The notes beneath the pieces were generated by a model. It searched no databases and was not told where the DNA came from. It was given only the letters and a program-made list of their open reading frames with translations. A program made the position numbers and the translations under genes. Below are positions 59,217-64,000 of a stretch of DNA of 64,000 nt, piece by piece. How positions within the stretch are numbered: position 1 is the stretch's first letter; each line of letters starts with the position of its first letter. The stretch comes from Gemmatimonadota bacterium (lineage in GTDB: Bacteria; Gemmatimonadota; Gemmatimonadetes; Palauibacterales; Palauibacteraceae), in contig JBDHAC010000006.1 of assembly GCA_039588275.1 (NCBI GenBank), positions 32,001 to 96,000 of the forward strand, given 5' to 3'.

Positions 59217-60473
59217 TCAACGCAACCGCACCCACCCGTAAAGTGCCACGAGGGCCAGGATGAGGGCCAGTCCAACCAGCTGCACGAGCCGGCGCTGGCG
59301 CAGGCCCCCACCTGCGGACTCGTCGGCGAGGGCCTGCGTGCGCGTGATCGCGCCGGCCCGGATGTCGAACACCCACGCGAGGATGATCGCGACCGGGAAG
59401 CCGGCCAGTACGGTGATGACCACCGCCGGATTGATCCACGATGGGAGGTCGAAGGGCTCGGTCAGATTCTGTACGCCCTCCACGGCGATGAAGGTGGCCG
59501 CTGCGTACGCCACGGCCACCTTGTATACGTGCCGGCGCTTCAGCTCGGCGAGGAACGCGCCCAGGGCCGTGGTCGGCGGACTCTGGGGCGTCTCATCCGT
59601 CTCTGCGAGCAGCAACCGAGCGACTTCGGCCGCCGCCGGCCGGTGTTCCGGTCGTTTGGCCAGGCAACGGCCGAGGAGGTTGGCCAACGCCGGGTCGGTG
59701 CCCGGGCGCAGCGTCTCGAGCGGGGTTGGCGTCTGTCGCAGGTGGGCGGCGGCCAGCTCCGCGTTCGATGACGCTTCGTAGGGGCTCGTCAGCGTCAGGA
59801 GCTCGTAACCGAGCATGCCCAGCGAGTACACGTCCGCGAGCTCGGTCAGCGGCTCGCCCTGCAGGTGCTCCGGCGATACGTAGCGCATGTCCCCGAGGAC
59901 CTCACCCTGCACGGTGAGTCGGGTCGACGTGTCCTCGTGCCCCGTATCGCGGACAGCCGCCACCCCGAAGTCAGTCAGAACGATGCGGCCTGTGTCGTTG
60001 TCGCGCAGCACGTTCGCGGGCTTTACGTCCCGGTGGATGATCTCCTTGGCGTGGGCCGCGGCCAGCGCCGCAGCGATCCCGGCCAACGTCGCTCGCGCGT
60101 CCTCCTCCGACATCGGACCTCCCGCCCGCAGCCCGTCCTCGAGGTTGCGGCCCTCGACGTACTCCATAACGAAATACGGCACGCCCGTGGAGAGCCGGCC
60201 AACCTGATACACCGACGTCACGTTGGCGTGGGAGATCTTCGCCGCCGAGCGGGCTTCGCGCTCGAACCGGCGCCGCACCTTCTCGTCCCGCGAGGGACCG
60301 GGCGACAGGACCTTGACCGCGACGGGGCGGTCGAGAGCGGCCTCACGGGCGAGGTACACGCTCGCCACCGACCCGCGACCGAGAAGGCGAATCACGCGCA
60401 GGTCGGGCGCGAGCTCCTCCCGTACCTGCTCGTCGAGGGCGTCGAAGGAGGCGGTTTCGTTCAGCGTGGACAT
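59217..60473 (-). CDS. Hanks-type Ser/Thr protein kinase with C-terminal membrane domain
   Basis: GRGSVA, VAVK, HRDVKPAN, DFG and YVSPE; three C-terminal hydrophobic helices. Confidence 0.93.
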   Translation of the reverse strand: MSTLNETASFDALDEQVREELAPDLRVIRLLGRGSVASVYLAREAALDRPVAVKVLSPGPSRDEKVRRRFEREARSAAKISHANVTSVYQVGRLSTGVPYFVMEYVEGRNLEDGLRAGGPMSEEDARATLAGIAAALAAAHAKEIIHRDVKPANVLRDNDTGRIVLTDFGVAAVRDTGHEDTSTRLTVQGEVLGDMRYVSPEHLQGEPLTELADVYSLGMLGYELLTLTSPYEASSNAELAAAHLRQTPTPLETLRPGTDPALANLLGRCLAKRPEHRPAAAEVARLLLAETDETPQSPPTTALGAFLAELKRRHVYKVAVAYAAATFIAVEGVQNLTEPFDLPSWINPAVVITVLAGFPVAIILAWVFDIRAGAITRTQALADESAGGGLRQRRLVQLVGLALILALVALYGWVRLR

Positions 60474-60709
60474 CCCCTCTCAGAAGGCCACCAGCCGGGG
60501 GCTGAGAATAGCCGCTCGCACCGGGGTCGGCCAGAAACGCTGCACCCGGGCACACGTGGTGCGGAAGCCGACGCGGGCCAGATCCGGGTCCACTCCGCCC
60601 GGTGGATCGCGAGACCCGGGGCTGCCGGCGACCTGCTAGATTACAGACGGATCTCGACACAAGCCTCGCAGGCCTCGCAGACCGTCGCCAACGCCATGTT
60701 GGGAGAGCG

Positions 60710-61495
60710 ATGACCCAGCCGATCCAGGGACTCCTGATCGATCTGGACGGGACCGCGTACCAGGCGCGCCGCCTGCTCTCCGGGGCCGTCCAGACCACGC
60801 AGTGGCTTCGCCGGCGAGGCGTGCCTTTTCTGTTCACGACCAACACCAGCAGGAAATCGCGGCGCGCCGTAGTCGAGTCGCTCACGAAGCTCGGCATGGA
60901 GGTGGAGCCGGATGAGATCCTGACGGCGCCGCTGGCCGCAGCCCGCTGGCTCGACGGCGCGGGCCTGAAGCGCCTGCGGTTGCTGCTCCCGCGATCCACG
61001 CACGAGGACTTCGGCGGATTCGATCTGGATACCGCCGCGCCGGAGGCGGTCGTCGTGGGCGACCTGGGCCCGGACTTCCGGTTCGATCTCCTGAACGAGG
61101 CCTTCCTGGCACTCCGGAGTGGGGCCCGCCTGGTCGCGATACACAAGAACAGATATTGGCTGCCCGATGCGGGGCCCACCCTCGACGCCGGTCCGTTCGT
61201 CGTGGCGCTCGAGTATGCGGCGCGCACCGAGGCCGTCCTGGTGGGCAAGCCGGCGCCGGAGTTCTTCACCCTCGCGGCCCGCATCCTCGGTGTCGGCGCG
61301 CAGCAGCTGGCCGTCGTGGGGGACGACATCGATTCCGACATTCGAGGCGCACGGGAGGCCGGACTGACCGCGATTCAGGTGCGCACCGGGAAGTTCGATC
61401 CGGGGCAGCTGGAAACCGTCGAACCGGCCCACGCGCCACACCACGTTATCGATTCGATCGCCGAGCTGCCCGGGGTACTGCAGCGCCAGGACTGA
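60710..61495 (+). CDS. HAD-superfamily IIA hydrolase (LHPP/HDHD2-like)
   Basis: DLDGT, TNTS, GKP, GDDIDSD and VRTGKF. Confidence 0.92.
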   Translation: MTQPIQGLLIDLDGTAYQARRLLSGAVQTTQWLRRRGVPFLFTTNTSRKSRRAVVESLTKLGMEVEPDEILTAPLAAARWLDGAGLKRLRLLLPRSTHEDFGGFDLDTAAPEAVVVGDLGPDFRFDLLNEAFLALRSGARLVAIHKNRYWLPDAGPTLDAGPFVVALEYAARTEAVLVGKPAPEFFTLAARILGVGAQQLAVVGDDIDSDIRGAREAGLTAIQVRTGKFDPGQLETVEPAHAPHHVIDSIAELPGVLQRQD

Positions 61496-61525
61496 CCGCC
61501 CCGCGCTTGCCCACGCTCCGGTCGA

Positions 61526-61824
61526 GAGACGGGAGACCTGGATTTGGAGGATGCGGTCCTGCTGTATCGCGCCCGCGTGCGCACGGAGGGAGTGGATGGC
61601 AACGCATACCCGGAGATGTGGGTCCAGGTGGCGGGGGTCGGGAAGCCTTCTCACGGGATCTCCAGTCCCCGCTGAGCGGATCGAACGAATGGTCGACCGA
61701 GGAGACGCTGTTCTTTCTTCAAGCGGGCCAGAGGCCGGACAACGTCAAGCTCAAGCTGGTGGTCGACGGGCAGGGAACCGTGTGGATCGACGACATTCGT
61801 CTGACGAGCGGGCCGCTGCCCTAG
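61526..61824 (+). pseudogene. 5'-truncated, frameshifted remnant of a beta-sandwich protein gene
   Basis: Frame A ETGDLDLEDAVLLYRARVRTEGVDGNAYPEMWVQVAGVG joins frame B EAFSRDLQSPLSG...TVWIDDIRL if one G is added near 61640; no start or RBS. Confidence 0.65.
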
Positions 61825-61841
61825 CGCCTCGGAACGACGGA

Positions 61842-61891
61842 GAGACCGAGGCGAATCGAGACCGAAGGCGAATCGAGACCGAAGGTGAATC
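61842..61891 (+). repeat. 17-bp tandem repeat x3 (GAGACCGAAGGCGAATC)
   Basis: Copies at 61842 (16 bp), 61858 and 61875, ending just before GTG 61893. Confidence 0.85.
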
Positions 61892-61892
61892 G

Positions 61893-62777
61893 GTGAGCCC
61901 CATCCAAGTGGATCCTGCGGTGTCGGTTCAGGTGGCAACGATCGATTTTCACGTGACCTCCGAGTGCAGCCAGTCGTGCCCTTACTGCTGGGGACCACAG
62001 GACTTCGAGACTCCCGTCGATACCACCACCGCCATGCGAATCATCGAGCGAGTCCGACGCGTCGGAGCGACACGGATCGTGTTCACCGGGGGAGATCCGC
62101 TGACCCGCCCGGATGTCGGGCTCCTGATTCGCCACGCCTGTCAGTGTGGATTGGAGACAGCCCTGTCCACCACGGGGGATGAGCTCACCCGTGGCTTCCT
62201 GGCGGAGTACGGTGCGTACCTCGACCTCATCTCCCTTCCGTTGGATGGCCCCACCGAGGAGGTCAACGCGCGCACTAAGGAAAAAGGACACTTCGCCGCG
62301 GTAATGCGCGCCCTGGATCGGCTGCGCGCGCACCCCGGAATCGATGTGAAGGTGTGCACTCCCGTCACGAGGCAGAACCTGAACGAAGTTCCCGCCATCG
62401 TGCGGCTGGTCGAAGAGTACGCCGGCACGACGGACGCTCGAGTCTTCTACAACATCTTTCAGGCCTTCCCCCGCGCCATGTCTCCCGTTGATTGGGACGC
62501 GCTGCTTGTAAGCGACGAGGAGTTCGCTCACCTGATGCGTACGCTCCCACCGCAGCGACGCATCCGAGTCAACCTGCTCGACCACGCGACGCTGGATCGG
62601 CTCTACGTGATGATCTTCCCCGATGGCAGCCTGGTCGTGCCTAACGGCCCTGACTATCAGGCTTTCGGGCCGTTCCTGGAGATCGAGGACCTGGGGGCGG
62701 CCCTGGAGACCAGCCAGTTCGATGCGCCGAAGCACCGGCGGCACTCGCTGGGGTGGACGAGAACGGTCAGAGCGTGA
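61893..62777 (+). CDS. Radical SAM protein, viperin-like
   Basis: CSQSCPYC, FTGGDP, YGAYLDLISL, IFQ, LVSDEEF, LYVMIFPDG and FD..KH; start uncertain. Confidence 0.8.
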   Translation: MSPIQVDPAVSVQVATIDFHVTSECSQSCPYCWGPQDFETPVDTTTAMRIIERVRRVGATRIVFTGGDPLTRPDVGLLIRHACQCGLETALSTTGDELTRGFLAEYGAYLDLISLPLDGPTEEVNARTKEKGHFAAVMRALDRLRAHPGIDVKVCTPVTRQNLNEVPAIVRLVEEYAGTTDARVFYNIFQAFPRAMSPVDWDALLVSDEEFAHLMRTLPPQRRIRVNLLDHATLDRLYVMIFPDGSLVVPNGPDYQAFGPFLEIEDLGAALETSQFDAPKHRRHSLGWTRTVRA

Positions 62778-62825
62778 GGTGCGGAGCGCCGATGGAAGCA
62801 GCTGCCGCCGCACTCGCAGCCTTCT

Positions 62826-63866
62826 CTACAGCCTCCCGAAGTGCTTGAGCACGGTCAGCGCGTGCAGCGTGATCCACTTGGACGGCCGTCCCACCCGCTC
62901 CACATCCGCCAGCATCTTGCCGTTCAGGGACACGTCGAGCTTCCAGCGGCCGTCCGGACCCCGCTTGGCCTCGATATGGTCGAGCGCTTCGTCCAGCACG
63001 GGCTGATACTCCACTCCCACCTCGGCGAGCGCGAGCATCGCCTCCAACAGGTCGGGATTGTAGCTGTGAGGGAACCCGAATCGCAGCCACCCCTTTTTCG
63101 GCAACCAATCCCGGGCGCCGATCGGGTGGTCTCGCAGGTACGCCGCCTTGAACTCCTTGACGGACACGCCCTTCGGCCGCCTTCCCTTGGGCTGGAGCGG
63201 TACCAGCTCCTTGTAGTAGCGGGACGCATCCGGGCGCACGTAGTGATACACGCGCATCTCGAGCAGTTGGCTGACGAGGAGGTCACTCAACCGCTCGCGC
63301 GCCTCCCTCGCCACACCGTCGGGGGCGACGGCCAGCGCTCGGAGCGCCTGTGGCAGGGTCATCCTGCACGAAGGCAACAGGCTGTGGTAGTCGATCACCA
63401 TACAGGGGACGCCGCCGTATGGAAGGATACGCTCGGCCAGGCGCTCGTAGCCGCGAACGACCGTTTCGTGCCGGCCGAAACCGAAGTGCACCAGCGCCCG
63501 CAGCATGTTTCCGGTGAGACACACGATCTCCCAACGCGCCTGCCCGCTGGGACTGAAGCCGCCGCTATCCATTTGCTGCGCGAGCACGTGCTCGGCGAGC
63601 CGTCGCGCTCGCGAATCGCGCCGGTCCGCCTGCATGTCGGCCAGGAAGAGCAGCGTCCAATACGCCCCCGCGTACTTCTGGTAGGCCTTGGCCGCGATGG
63701 CCTCGTCCACGCGTTCAAGCATGCCCGCGACCGGCGGATACGCGCACAGCTGACCGCGCAACACGGTCATGTGCCTCGAGCGCGGCGACTCGCCCAGGAA
63801 CCGCAGGCGGGTTAGATAGGCCACGCCGGGCGCGTCTTTCTCGAGCAGCCAATCCACGGGATCCAT
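62826..63866 (-). CDS. Alpha/alpha-toroid (prenyltransferase/squalene-cyclase repeat-like) hypothetical protein
   Basis: DWLLE, QMDSGGF, FGFPHSY..DLLE, KRGPDGRW and PSKWITL. Confidence 0.75.
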   Translation of the reverse strand: MDPVDWLLEKDAPGVAYLTRLRFLGESPRSRHMTVLRGQLCAYPPVAGMLERVDEAIAAKAYQKYAGAYWTLLFLADMQADRRDSRARRLAEHVLAQQMDSGGFSPSGQARWEIVCLTGNMLRALVHFGFGRHETVVRGYERLAERILPYGGVPCMVIDYHSLLPSCRMTLPQALRALAVAPDGVAREARERLSDLLVSQLLEMRVYHYVRPDASRYYKELVPLQPKGRRPKGVSVKEFKAAYLRDHPIGARDWLPKKGWLRFGFPHSYNPDLLEAMLALAEVGVEYQPVLDEALDHIEAKRGPDGRWKLDVSLNGKMLADVERVGRPSKWITLHALTVLKHFGRL

Positions 63867-63972
63867 GAGTCCAGAATAGCGCAGCCGGCCACCAGAGACG
63901 AAGATCACGCGGCTTACAAATGAGCCGGATTCCCGCTTTCATGCGCCTTGAGAGGTGAGGAGACGACCGAAC

Positions 63973-64000
63973 ATGAGCCAGGACACGATCAGGAGGGCCT
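63973..64000 (+). CDS. Probable 5' end of a gene running off the window
   Basis: GAGGAG SD followed by ATG (MSQDTIRRA...). Confidence 0.4.

Noticed and set aside
61551..61892. N-terminal extension of the radical SAM ORF
   Set aside because: It runs through the off-frame pseudogene and the tandem repeat, with non-protein-like composition.

Overview
High-GC chromosomal window spanning the replication origin of a bacterium. Gemmatimonadota is the probable source, inferred from gene order and protein style rather than a database hit. The core is dnaN-[oriC]-dnaA // rpmH-rnpA-yidD-yidC ... mnmE ... mnmG ... parS-parA-parB-M23-bactofilin. Left arm (mostly minus strand): HD dNTPase-like gene, polA, cold-shock protein, Slt, TonB-dependent receptor and ExbB, a peptide ABC transporter, glycine cleavage genes, dapF and mutY. 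Right arm (mostly plus strand): AbrB/PIN pair, sdhCAB, Ser/Thr kinase, HAD phosphatase and a viperin-like radical SAM gene. No rRNA, tRNA, CRISPR array or transposase was found. The most notable unexplained elements are: (1) a free-standing single-motif LAGLIDADG gene whose start codon sits in a duplicated 'half-parS + parS' repeat divergent from parAB; (2) a structured ~230-nt intergenic element before dapF with a 16-17 nt perfect complement of the 16S rRNA 3' end, a 21-codon ORF and long helices; (3) a divergent viperin-like radical SAM gene; (4) a second DnaA-box cluster about 14.7 kb from oriC; (5) degenerate active sites in a PIN toxin and an Fpg/Nei glycosylase. All family assignments come from reading motifs by eye.
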